NCBI GenBank assembly: GCA_041478735.1
Contig: JBGOWS010000002.1
Coordinates: 1-36,333, forward strand
Direction: 5' to 3'
Source of the DNA: Thermodesulfovibrionia bacterium
GTDB taxonomy: Bacteria; Nitrospirota; Thermodesulfovibrionia; Thermodesulfovibrionales; SM23-35
Length of the DNA stretch: 36,333 bases
Part shown: piece by piece, positions 1 to 7,910 of the stretch
Layout of the letters: the number at the start of each line of letters is the position of its first letter
How positions within the stretch are numbered: position 1 is the stretch's first letter
Notes under the pieces: model-generated
What the model was told of the DNA's origin: nothing
The model's database searches: none
The model's input: only the letters and a program-made list of their open reading frames with translations
Made by a program: the position numbers and the translations under genes

Positions 1-1558
1 CGGCAATGCAGAACTTTTTTTCTCCAATAGAGATGACAACGGCGTATTTATGCTGATAATCAGTCAGTTTGCCATTTCCAAGAATATCTGATAAGTCAAA
101 AATTGGGAGGACTTTCCCCTTGATGACCAGAACCTTCTGGCTTGCCACATCAGTAATGTCTTTTTTCGAGACTTTAAGCGTCTCCTCAACAGATGTAAGG
201 GGTATCGCATAATGAGAACTGCCTGCACGCACCATGAGGGCCTGGATTATAGCCAGAGTTAGAGGGACGCTTATCCTGAATGTGGTTCCAAAATCTTTTT
301 TGGTTGTTACCTCGACATAACCGTTGAGTTTTGATATATTCGTTTTTACGACGTCCATTCCAACTCCACGGCCGCTAAGTTCGGTAGCGACCTCAGCAGT
401 GGAAAATCCTGGTAAAAATATGAGATTTATTGCCGCTTCATCAGCCATCCTCATGGCTTCGTCTTCTGTTATTAATGCTCTTTCCAAAGCCTTTCTTTTA
501 ACCTGCTCTATATCTATTCCTCTGCCATCATCGGATACCTCAATTACAATCTGGTTACCTTTCTGATAGGCGCTTATTGCAATAATGCCTTTTTCGGGCT
601 TTCCTTTTAAATGCCTCTCTTTTAACGGCTCGAGGGCATGATCAACGGCATTCCTTATGATGTGCACAAGAGGATCTCCTATATGTTCGATCACGGACTT
701 ATCAACTTCTGTATTTTCACCCGATATCCTGAGGTCCAAATCCTTTCCTAAGTTGTTGGATATATCTCTTACGAGGCGGGGAAACTTGCTGAAGACCTTC
801 CTGAGGGGCTGCATCCGCATCCTCATAACCGCAAGCTGCATATCAGAGGTAACGAGGTCGAGAAAAGAGACAGTTTCAAAGAGGCTTTCAATGTAAGGGT
901 CATCTGAAAATCTCATTTCTATATAATTCACGATATTTAAAAGTCTGTTTCTTACCAAGACGACTTCACCTGTCAGGTCCATAACCTTATCAATTCTGTT
1001 TATGTCAACCCTGAGGGTCTGACTTGGTGACGAGTGACGAGTAACGAGTGACGAGTCTTTTTCACTTCTAACTTCTGATTCTTTTCTGCCTTCTGGTTCC
1101 TGACTTCTGTCCTCTGTCCTCTGTCCTCTGACTTCTGACTCCTGTTTTCTGTCTTCTGTCCTAGGTGATTGAGCATTTTTAAGTGCCTCATCAAGTTCTT
1201 TTAAAAGAGGAGATGTATCCTCTTCTTTTCCATCCCTTAGATTAATATGCTGAAGTAAAAGCCTTAGCATATCAACACTCTTTAAAATCACATCCATCAA
1301 TTGCCTTGTGACTGATATTTCGCCTTCTCTAAGCTTCTTCAGAATATTCTCTGCGCCATGCGCAACATCAACTATGGATTGGAACCCAAGGAAACCAGCA
1401 GCCCCCTTAATGGTATGCATACTTCTGAATATCTCATTTAAAATATCCTTATCATAACCCTTTGCCTCGATCTCAACAAAAAGGGGGTCTAGCTTATCCA
1501 GAGACTCCTCTGCCTCTATGATAAATTCTGATATTATCTCATCCATCTCGTCGGCCAT
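1..1558 (-). CDS. cheA: Chemotaxis histidine kinase CheA (C-terminal end runs off the window at position 1)
   Basis: Absent from the ORF track because it is open at the window edge. My translation from ATG 1558..1556 stays open to position 1 (about 519 codons): MADEMDEIISEFIIEAEE... It contains the HPt motif SMHTIKGAAGFLG and the dimerisation region QTLRVDINRIDKVMDLTGEVVLVRNRL. It also has the N-box HIIRNAVDHALE, G1 DDGRGID, G2 GRGVGMDVV and a CheW-like P5 (AIPLTSVEETLKVSKKDI...). Confidence 0.93.
   Translation of the reverse strand, partial: MADEMDEIISEFIIEAEESLDKLDPLFVEIEAKGYDKDILNEIFRSMHTIKGAAGFLGFQSIVDVAHGAENILKKLREGEISVTRQLMDVILKSVDMLRLLLQHINLRDGKEEDTSPLLKELDEALKNAQSPRTEDRKQESEVRGQRTEDRSQEPEGRKESEVRSEKDSSLVTRHSSPSQTLRVDINRIDKVMDLTGEVVLVRNRLLNIVNYIEMRFSDDPYIESLFETVSFLDLVTSDMQLAVMRMRMQPLRKVFSKFPRLVRDISNNLGKDLDLRISGENTEVDKSVIEHIGDPLVHIIRNAVDHALEPLKERHLKGKPEKGIIAISAYQKGNQIVIEVSDDGRGIDIEQVKRKALERALITEDEAMRMADEAAINLIFLPGFSTAEVATELSGRGVGMDVVKTNISKLNGYVEVTTKKDFGTTFRISVPLTLAIIQALMVRAGSSHYAIPLTSVEETLKVSKKDITDVASQKVLVIKGKVLPIFDLSDILGNGKLTDYQHKYAVVISIGEKKFCIA
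1028..1162. repeat. Heptanucleotide tandem arrays inside cheA: (TGACGAG)x4 at 1028..1056, then about 14 units of the TCTGNNN type up to 1162
   Basis: Read directly: tgacgag tgacgag taacgag tgacgag, then ...tctgtcc tctgtcc tctgtcc tctgact tctgact cctgttt tctgtct tctgtcc. The period is 7. The arrays are translated in frame as the CheA linker. Confidence 0.9.
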
Positions 1559-1579
1559 AATTTCCCCTTTTTAATAAAA

Positions 1580-1662
1580 CCACTGATGATCGCTGATTGA
1601 TAGCAGATGATCACAGATGTATCTGCGGTCATCTGTGCCTTTTTTGTCTGTGTTCATCTGTG
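1580..1662. repeat. CAGATG/CATCTG-rich palindromic intergenic element between cheY and cheA
   Basis: cagatgatcacagat (1604..1618) faces atctgcggtcatctg (1621..1635), matching 12 of 15 as an inverted repeat. Further catctgtg copies occur up to the cheY stop codon. Confidence 0.6.
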
Positions 1663-2004
1663 TCATTTTCCTAGTTTCTCGAATATCTTATCCATCTTTT
1701 CCTTTAAAATCTCTGCTGTGAAGGGTTTCACGACATAATTACTGACGCCAGCCTTTATAGCTGTAATGACCTTATCTTTCTCTGCCTCAGCTGTAACCAT
1801 AAGGAATGGCATATTCTTTAATTCAGGGTCACTTCGAACTTTCTTTAGAAATTCAAAGCCGTCCATATTCGGCATATTCCAGTCAGATACAACAAACCCG
1901 AACCCTCCGGTTTTTAATTTTGCATATGCCTGAGCACCATCTTCTGCCTCTTCAAAGTTTTCAAAGCCCAGTTGTTTGAATATATTTCTTACAATCCTTC
2001 TCAT
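1663..2004 (-). CDS. cheY: Chemotaxis response regulator CheY (as callable from ATG 2004; the ancestral start is probably ATG 2052, now interrupted by TAG 2034..2032)
   Basis: ORF track, 113 aa. It aligns residue for residue with E. coli CheY from M17 onward: MRRIVRN, the phospho-acceptor context [18 protein letters not shown] and YVVKPF. The beta1 strand and DD acid pocket (ILIVDDFPT) are encoded in frame at 2005..2031, but upstream of the called ATG. Confidence 0.85.
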   Translation of the reverse strand: MRRIVRNIFKQLGFENFEEAEDGAQAYAKLKTGGFGFVVSDWNMPNMDGFEFLKKVRSDPELKNMPFLMVTAEAEKDKVITAIKAGVSNYVVKPFTAEILKEKMDKIFEKLGK

Positions 2005-2044
2005 TGTTGGAAAATCATCAACAATGAGGATCTACATTTTGTAG

Positions 2045-2419
2045 TCAGGCATCATGACCTCCCTTCAAAAGGTTTCTTATTTTTTCTATAAGCATATCAG
2101 CGGTTACTGGTTTCACTAGGTAGTCGTTGGCTCCAGCCTTGAATGCCCTCTCCCTCTCCTCAAAATCCGCTTCCGTTGAGACCATAAGGACAGGTATATG
2201 AAACAAGAGAGGATCAGACCTGAGAGTCTTTATGAACTCGATACCGTCCATGTGAGGCATGTTGAGGGCCGACAGAATCAGATTGATATCGTCAGTTGCG
2301 AGCTTTTCTATGGCATCAAGCCCGTTTTCAGCAAATACGATATTGAACCCCTTTGCTTTCAAGTAAAGTCCCAGAAGTTTTCTTGTTGTCTGGCAATCAT
2401 CAACTACCATAATCTTCAT
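2045..2419 (-). CDS. CheY-like single-domain receiver lacking the phospho-acceptor Asp (pseudo-receiver)
   Basis: ORF track, 124 aa. Receiver motifs MKIMVVDD, VLMVSTEA and YLVKP are present. Codon 51 (GCC, 2269..2267) is Ala where Asp57 is expected: LILSALNMPHMDG versus Che[13 protein letters not shown]. Confidence 0.85.
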   Translation of the reverse strand: MKIMVVDDCQTTRKLLGLYLKAKGFNIVFAENGLDAIEKLATDDINLILSALNMPHMDGIEFIKTLRSDPLLFHIPVLMVSTEADFEERERAFKAGANDYLVKPVTADMLIEKIRNLLKGGHDA

Positions 2420-2462
2420 GGCATCTCCTCAAAATACCAGAATCTAAACCTGTTTCTTTTCA

Positions 2463-3278
2463 TCACACCTTCTGGTAAACTACTCCTTTGTTAATAAGGA
2501 CAGGCCTGAAGGCCCGTGTTACGTTATGAAGGCTCTCGGTTAAGCCTATAAATAAAAATCCCTTAGGTCTCAAGCTGTCATATAAAAGGGATACCACCTT
2601 CTGTTTGGACCTGTCGTCGAAATAAATGAGAACATTTCGGCAAAATATAACATCAATATCCCTCATAGACCTCATCTTTTTTTCATCTGTAAGATTTATA
2701 TTCATGAATCTGACAGAATTCTTTACAGAGTGGTCAAGCTCATATGCCTGTCCGTTTACCTTAAAATATTTTTTGAGGTAAGGTTCTGGCACATTCCTCA
2801 CAGAGTATGAGCTATAAACAGCATTCGTTGCTGATGTTAATACCTCAACACTTATATCTGATGCAAATATATCCATGCGAATAGGAGGTTTTTTTTCCAT
2901 TAACATCATCGCGATGGTATATGGTTCTTCTCCTGTAGAGCTGGCAGCGGACCATACTCTCATGTTATTTATCCCTTTACACCTGATAACTTCCGGGACT
3001 ACGAAATCAAAAAATATATCAAACTGCCGGGGCTCCCTGAAAAAAAATGTCTCATTTGTTGTTATAGCATCGAAGAGCCTCGAGAGTTCATTTCCATTGG
3101 CATTATACTTTATGAAATACAAATAATCCTCAAAACTATCGAGATTCATCTCTTGCAATGTCTTTATAAGTCTATTTTCAAGAAAATACTTCTTTGTATC
3201 AGATATAAAGATGCCGCTTTTTTCATATATAAAATCTCTCAATTGTTTGAAAGTTGAATCCTGAAGCGCAATGTTCAT
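2463..3278 (-). CDS. cheR: Chemotaxis protein methyltransferase CheR
   Basis: ORF track, 271 aa. CheR-type SAM methyltransferase motifs are present: VWSAASSTGEEPYTIAM and IFCRNVLIYFD. It lies in the che operon context. Confidence 0.93.
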   Translation of the reverse strand: MNIALQDSTFKQLRDFIYEKSGIFISDTKKYFLENRLIKTLQEMNLDSFEDYLYFIKYNANGNELSRLFDAITTNETFFFREPRQFDIFFDFVVPEVIRCKGINNMRVWSAASSTGEEPYTIAMMLMEKKPPIRMDIFASDISVEVLTSATNAVYSSYSVRNVPEPYLKKYFKVNGQAYELDHSVKNSVRFMNINLTDEKKMRSMRDIDVIFCRNVLIYFDDRSKQKVVSLLYDSLRPKGFLFIGLTESLHNVTRAFRPVLINKGVVYQKV

Positions 3279-3300
3279 CGTTATTTTGCCCTGCTATATT

Positions 3301-5175
3301 TCATTCGACATTTTCAGGACACCGTATGCTGTTGATTACCTGATGAACCCTTTCCCTTATGCTACTGTCACTATGGTTAAGTAATGGGTTCAGGATATTA
3401 AATGCCTCCTTGTCGCCAAGTTTGGCTATGGCATCAATAGTGGAGAGGACAACAGGGACTTCTTTATCATAAAGCAAGGGTATAAGGGGCTTAATCATAT
3501 CCTGTCTCAATGAATTTCCTAAGGCCTTGACAGCATAGAACCTGACCCACATATCTTTGTCATTAAGGGTTGATTTGATCTCGTTGTGGCAGCAATGTAA
3601 TTCACCCATTGCCTTCACAGAGGCCTTTCTTACTTCAGGCTCATCGTCATGTATAGCTTTAGCAAGCCTTTTATAGACTCTCTCATCCTGTATTTTTCCA
3701 AGTCCTACTATTGCAGCTAGTTTAATCTTAAGGACTTTATCTTCTGAAAGGGAAAGGAGAATATTGATATCCTTTGCGTATTTCCCGGTGGCCTCTTTCA
3801 CATAACCACAAAATTCATCGAGGTGTGAAAATAAGGCTGCCGGATCAATATTAAGAAGCGCCATAACGGCTTCTTCTATAACATCCTGGTATCTCTCCGT
3901 GTAAAGAAGTTTCAGGATGGGCTGAATAGATGTCTTATCGCCTACCTTTCCTAATGTAGAGACAGTTGCCTTCCTTACATGTCCATCGTAATCATAAATG
4001 GAGTCTATAAGCGCCTGCTTTGCGTCTTCATCGTTTATTTTATCGAGGGCCATTACGGCTGCCCTCCTAACATCCCTGAATTTACTTTTAAGTAGTCTTA
4101 TAAGGTGTGGAACAGCCTTCTCACACCCTAAATCTCCAAGCGACTCAATAGCTATCTGCTTTCCCCTGTACTTGATGCCGGTGTCATTCAGCATATCAAT
4201 GAGGGCGTTGCTGCATCCGAAGTTCCTTAGCGCATCTTTGATGATGAGTAGCTTCTCCTCAGCATCTGGTTCAGATGGATCAAGAGAACCGGCAATATCA
4301 ATGATTGTATAAATTGCCTTCGCATCCTGTAAGCCAACAAGACCTTTAAGTATAATAAGCCTCTCGTCCCAGTCGCCATTTCGAAACATATCTATGAGCA
4401 CATCAGAGATCTCCGACATTGCCGGAGTAATACCGATCAGGACAAGACTCTTTATGGTTGCTGTTTTTTCAAAACCTACTGCTTTTTGCAGGTGACTGAG
4501 GAGGTCCTTACTTGATCGCGGCGAAGCTATCCTTCCAAGTGTATCTATGGCTGCATATCTGATGACATCGTGCGGGCTGTTGAGAAGTGATGCTATAGGC
4601 TCTATAGAAGATTCATCCTTTAGCATTGCAAGAGATTCGAGCGCTGAGAAGCAGACCCATTCTTCGTCTCTTAAGGCCTCTAGCAACTGGGGCAACGCAT
4701 CTTTATAATGGAGGATGCCAATTGCCTTTGCAGCAGATGCCCTCACATTTGGATTAGGGTCACTTGCAAGAATTCGAGCCATCTCTTGCGGGTAATTGCA
4801 CTGTTTAATTTTACAGATAAGGTCAATGGCGAATTTGCGGACATTATCATCTTTATTCTTCAAAAGCGAATAAAGTAAAGGAATTGTAACTGACCCTATT
4901 TCTTTCAATATTATCATTGCGGTATTCCTGAGATAAGGCTCATCCCTGAGAAGAGGTATAACCATGTAGGCAGTGACCTCACCCCCTATGGAGATGAGAG
5001 AACGCATTGCGGCATCCTGGACTCCTGGATTGTCATCCTTCAATGCCTTAATCAAGGGATATATGGCCCTTTCATCACTGTAGGATAAAGCCTCTGCTGC
5101 GGAACGCCTATGTGTTGAATCGGGATGTGCTAGACCCTTTATCAGCTTTGCTAGTCTTTCTGTTCCTATAATCAT
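3301..5175 (-). CDS. HEAT/PBS-lyase-like repeat protein, first gene of the che operon
   Basis: ORF track, 624 aa, with no TM segment or signal peptide. It has many ~30-aa units with the xxVRxxAxxALG signature, for example NPNVRASAAKAIG, DVIRYAAIDTLG, FRDVRRAAVMALD, DGHVRKATVSTLG, EPEVRKASVKAMG and DMWVRFYAVKALG. Confidence 0.8.
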   Translation of the reverse strand: MIIGTERLAKLIKGLAHPDSTHRRSAAEALSYSDERAIYPLIKALKDDNPGVQDAAMRSLISIGGEVTAYMVIPLLRDEPYLRNTAMIILKEIGSVTIPLLYSLLKNKDDNVRKFAIDLICKIKQCNYPQEMARILASDPNPNVRASAAKAIGILHYKDALPQLLEALRDEEWVCFSALESLAMLKDESSIEPIASLLNSPHDVIRYAAIDTLGRIASPRSSKDLLSHLQKAVGFEKTATIKSLVLIGITPAMSEISDVLIDMFRNGDWDERLIILKGLVGLQDAKAIYTIIDIAGSLDPSEPDAEEKLLIIKDALRNFGCSNALIDMLNDTGIKYRGKQIAIESLGDLGCEKAVPHLIRLLKSKFRDVRRAAVMALDKINDEDAKQALIDSIYDYDGHVRKATVSTLGKVGDKTSIQPILKLLYTERYQDVIEEAVMALLNIDPAALFSHLDEFCGYVKEATGKYAKDINILLSLSEDKVLKIKLAAIVGLGKIQDERVYKRLAKAIHDDEPEVRKASVKAMGELHCCHNEIKSTLNDKDMWVRFYAVKALGNSLRQDMIKPLIPLLYDKEVPVVLSTIDAIAKLGDKEAFNILNPLLNHSDSSIRERVHQVINSIRCPENVE

Positions 5176-5191
5176 ACTAATCCTTTCTTTC

Positions 5192-5218
5192 TTATCGGAA
5201 CTTTAGGAAAATTCTTTA
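5192..5218 (-). promoter_or_regulatory. Sigma-28 (FliA)-type promoter: TAAA-N15-tCCGATAA, 16 nt upstream of the HEAT-protein ATG
   Basis: The minus strand reads gTTAAAGaattttcctaaagtTCCGATAAgaaagaaaggattagtATG. This matches the flagellar sigma-28 consensus TAAA-N15-GCCGATAA at 11 of 12 specified positions. It sits in the only gap between fliA and the che genes. Confidence 0.6.
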
Positions 5219-5242
5219 ACAACCAGAGCCTCTTGCAACAAT

Positions 5243-5986
5243 TCAGGTTAGAGAGGGAACAGAATTCAGCCTTGCTTTGAGCCTTATGAGCGCCTGGCTA
5301 TGAAGCTGACATACTCTCCCCTCTGTAAGTTTTAGCGCCTTTGCTATCTCCTTCATCGTCATTTCATCCCAATAGTAGAGGGATAGAATGAGTTTTTCCT
5401 TTTCCGGAAGTTCATTAATAAGACCTGCAAGCACCTCCTTTTTCCCATTATCTTCGAGTATCTCAAGAGGGCTTTTTGCATTATGGTCGGGTATACATTC
5501 CATTACATCCAGACCATTTTCCTCATGCTTTTCACTGAAATCCTCGAATCTTAAGGCAACCTGGGCGTTTGCAATCTGGAGTATCCTGTAATACTCATCC
5601 GGTGTCATCCCGAGAGATCTTGTAACCTCTTCGTCTTCTGGCAATCGGCCAAGCTCTTTTTCGAGTTTAAGATGCGCATTTTTAATAGAGTCAATCTTCT
5701 TCTTCATTGATTTAGGTATCCAATTGTGTGCCCTCAGCTCATCAAGCATTGCGCCCTTTATCCTGAACTGCACGAATGTATTAAGCTTTACCCTTCCTTT
5801 GTTGTATCTTTGAAGGGCATCTAATAGACCAATTATTCCAACACTGATAAGGTCGTCGACAGTTAGCTGTGGAGGTAATCTCCATGCTAACCTATAGGCA
5901 GTATATTTTATGAAGGGCAGTAAGTCTTTGATAATCTTTTCTTTCTCTTCCTCGTTTAACTCCGTCGCATAGCCCAACATTTTCAT
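5243..5986 (-). CDS. fliA: Flagellar sigma factor FliA (sigma-28)
   Basis: ORF track, 247 aa. Region 2 motifs are DDLISVGIIGLLDALQRYN and FRIKGAMLDELR. The region 4 HTH is MTMKEIAKALKLTEGRVCQLHSQAL. It follows flhF-flhG, and its start overlaps the flhG stop as ATGA. Confidence 0.93.
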   Translation of the reverse strand: MKMLGYATELNEEEKEKIIKDLLPFIKYTAYRLAWRLPPQLTVDDLISVGIIGLLDALQRYNKGRVKLNTFVQFRIKGAMLDELRAHNWIPKSMKKKIDSIKNAHLKLEKELGRLPEDEEVTRSLGMTPDEYYRILQIANAQVALRFEDFSEKHEENGLDVMECIPDHNAKSPLEILEDNGKKEVLAGLINELPEKEKLILSLYYWDEMTMKEIAKALKLTEGRVCQLHSQALIRLKARLNSVPSLT

Positions 5987-6825
5987 ACTTGTTGCCTCAG
6001 TGAATTGGTCGATAATAGATTTCCGATAAAAAACTGCAGTGTGCCTTTGACCTTGCTTTTTGAGTCAGAGAATTTCAATCCGATCTCAGCAAACTGTCTC
6101 GATGCAATGCTATTCGGGTATATCTCAAGAAGCGCCCTCTGGGATCTCACCGCCTTCTGCATGCATTCGTCAAGAGGAATGTGTCCGAGATAATCGAGGG
6201 ATATGTTCAGGAACTTCTCCGCAGCTATAGAGAGTCTCCTGAAGACTTCGAACCCCTCTTCAGAACTTCTGGTCAGATTGACAAGGATGCGGAATTCCTT
6301 TTCCTGATAGCGGGTGAAAAGGACTTTTATAAGTGCATAGGCATCGGTAATTGCTGTGGGCTCTGGTGTTGTTATTACTACTATATCCTGTGCCGCGATA
6401 CAGAAGAAGGCTACATTTTCAGATATGCCGGCAGCGGTATCTATGAGGAGGAAATCAAGGGCACCGTCATAAGCATCAAATTCCTCAAGTAACTTCAGCC
6501 TCTGAAACTCATCAAGGGAGGTCAGTTCCTGTATTCCTGAACCGGCCGGGAGTATCTTTATTCCAAGTGGACCTTCGACAACGATATCCTTTAATGTCAT
6601 CTCACCACTTAAAACATGCTGTATGTTATACTTCGGCGCCAGTTGAAGGAGGACGTCTATATTGCTGAGTCCAAGGTCGGCATCTAAAACCATCACATTC
6701 TTGCCGAGCCTCCTCAGGGCTATCGCTAGATTCGCTACCACATTTGTCTTACCGACCCCTCCCTTTCCGCTTGCAATGGCTATTGTTCTGACATTCTTCC
6801 TCTTTTTCTGTCCTTCGCTCAGCAT
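5983..6825 (-). CDS. flhG: MinD/ParA-type ATPase FlhG (YlxH/FleN)
   Basis: ORF track, 280 aa. It has the deviant Walker A IASGKGGVGKTN and lies between flhF and fliA. Confidence 0.92.
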   Translation of the reverse strand: MLSEGQKKRKNVRTIAIASGKGGVGKTNVVANLAIALRRLGKNVMVLDADLGLSNIDVLLQLAPKYNIQHVLSGEMTLKDIVVEGPLGIKILPAGSGIQELTSLDEFQRLKLLEEFDAYDGALDFLLIDTAAGISENVAFFCIAAQDIVVITTPEPTAITDAYALIKVLFTRYQEKEFRILVNLTRSSEEGFEVFRRLSIAAEKFLNISLDYLGHIPLDECMQKAVRSQRALLEIYPNSIASRQFAEIGLKFSDSKSKVKGTLQFFIGNLLSTNSLRQQV

Positions 6826-7910
6826 TTATAACTCTCCTTTTTTATTATGAGATTTGCGAGTTTATCTGCCGTTACAAATTCGATGTCTCCTGGCACTTTC
6901 TGACCTGTTGTTATATACGCAACGGGCTTTTGATATGTGAGAAGAAGATTATATAGAGAGCCGAATCTCACAGCCTCATCCACCTTTGTAAAGGCTATAT
7001 AATCAACGGGCAGTCTTTTATAAAATCTGTAAGCCTCTAGCATAAATTCATCATCACAATTTGCGCTCATGAGGAGATGAAGCTCCAGGTTAACTTTTGT
7101 TTGACATATTTCCGCTATCTCATTTATATAAGACTCATCCCTCGGATTTCTTCCTGTTGTATCTATAAAAATAATATCCCTGCTCTCAGCAAACTTTAAG
7201 ATGCTATTCCCCAGTTCTCTAATATTCGAGACAATTGACAGTGGTATACCCATAATCCTTGAATATATCCTCACCTGTTCAACCGCTCCTATTCTGTAAG
7301 TGTCGAGGTTGACAATGGCGGCTTTCTTGCCTTCTTTTATTGCAAGGGAAGAGAGTTTAGCTATGGTTGTGGTCTTTCCCACACCAGTTGGACCAATGAG
7401 CATAACAGCCTTTCTGTTGGTATCCCTTTCCCTTATCTTTATATCTCTTGATATTAATAAAGGGATCTCGCCCAAATCCTTAGCTTCTTCACAGAGGCGA
7501 ATGGCAAACTCTTCCCGTATCGATCTTTCCACCAGATAATGCAGTATCCTCCTTTTTCCCGCGGGTAATGATATTTTATACCCATGATTCTTCATGTTTT
7601 CGATAATCGCTTTGAGGTTTCCAATCTCATTTCTAATGTCAGCTAACATGTCGTCCTGACAGAAAAGAGGAGTTTCGCCTTTAAAAATCTCGGGGCCTGG
7701 TCTGAGCCCGTGGGATTGACCTGGAAGATTTCCGCCAGATTCTGAATGGCAGGGGGTAATTTCATAATCTACCGCGGCTGTGACCTCAACAAACGGTCTA
7801 ATACCCTTCCTTTCCTCAGTAGATAATATGATTGCATCTTCGCTGAGTTCCTTTTTGACCAATTCAAGGGCCTCTGAAAAGTTTCTTGCCTTAAATTTCT
7901 TAATCTTCAT
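6819..7910 (-). CDS. flhF: Flagellar SRP-type GTPase FlhF
   Basis: ORF track, 363 aa. N-terminus is MKIKKFKARNFSEALELVKKELSEDAIIL. G motifs are LIGPTGVGKTTTIAKL, DTYRIGA, IDTTGR and TKVDE. Confidence 0.95.
   Translation of the reverse strand: MKIKKFKARNFSEALELVKKELSEDAIILSTEERKGIRPFVEVTAAVDYEITPCHSESGGNLPGQSHGLRPGPEIFKGETPLFCQDDMLADIRNEIGNLKAIIENMKNHGYKISLPAGKRRILHYLVERSIREEFAIRLCEEAKDLGEIPLLISRDIKIRERDTNRKAVMLIGPTGVGKTTTIAKLSSLAIKEGKKAAIVNLDTYRIGAVEQVRIYSRIMGIPLSIVSNIRELGNSILKFAESRDIIFIDTTGRNPRDESYINEIAEICQTKVNLELHLLMSANCDDEFMLEAYRFYKRLPVDYIAFTKVDEAVRFGSLYNLLLTYQKPVAYITTGQKVPGDIEFVTADKLANLIIKKESYKC

Noticed and set aside
324-896. Plus-strand ORFs 324..566 and 657..896, and the minus-strand ORF 1000..1194
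   Set aside because: All lie inside cheA, which is strongly supported. The first two are antisense. The third is an alternative frame through the heptamer repeats (QKTENRSQKSEDRGQ...). They are shadow ORFs.
1028-1162. Possible CRISPR array from the tandem repeats, here and at 19135..19277
   Set aside because: The units are 7 nt long and directly abutting, with no spacers. CRISPR repeats are roughly 24-48 nt and separated by unique spacers. No cas genes are in the window.
2032-2034. TAG as a reassigned sense codon or pyrrolysine
   Set aside because: The sigma-54 regulator at 29651..31090 terminates with TAG right after a complete HTH domain, so TAG functions as a stop here. No Pyl genes are visible. 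A point mutation or sequencing error is more parsimonious.
5983-6825. FlhG appears to lack the N-terminal DQAxxLR FlhF-activating motif (starts MLSEGQKKRKN)
   Set aside because: The N-terminus is short and poorly alignable by eye, so I cannot exclude a divergent equivalent. It is not reported as a finding.
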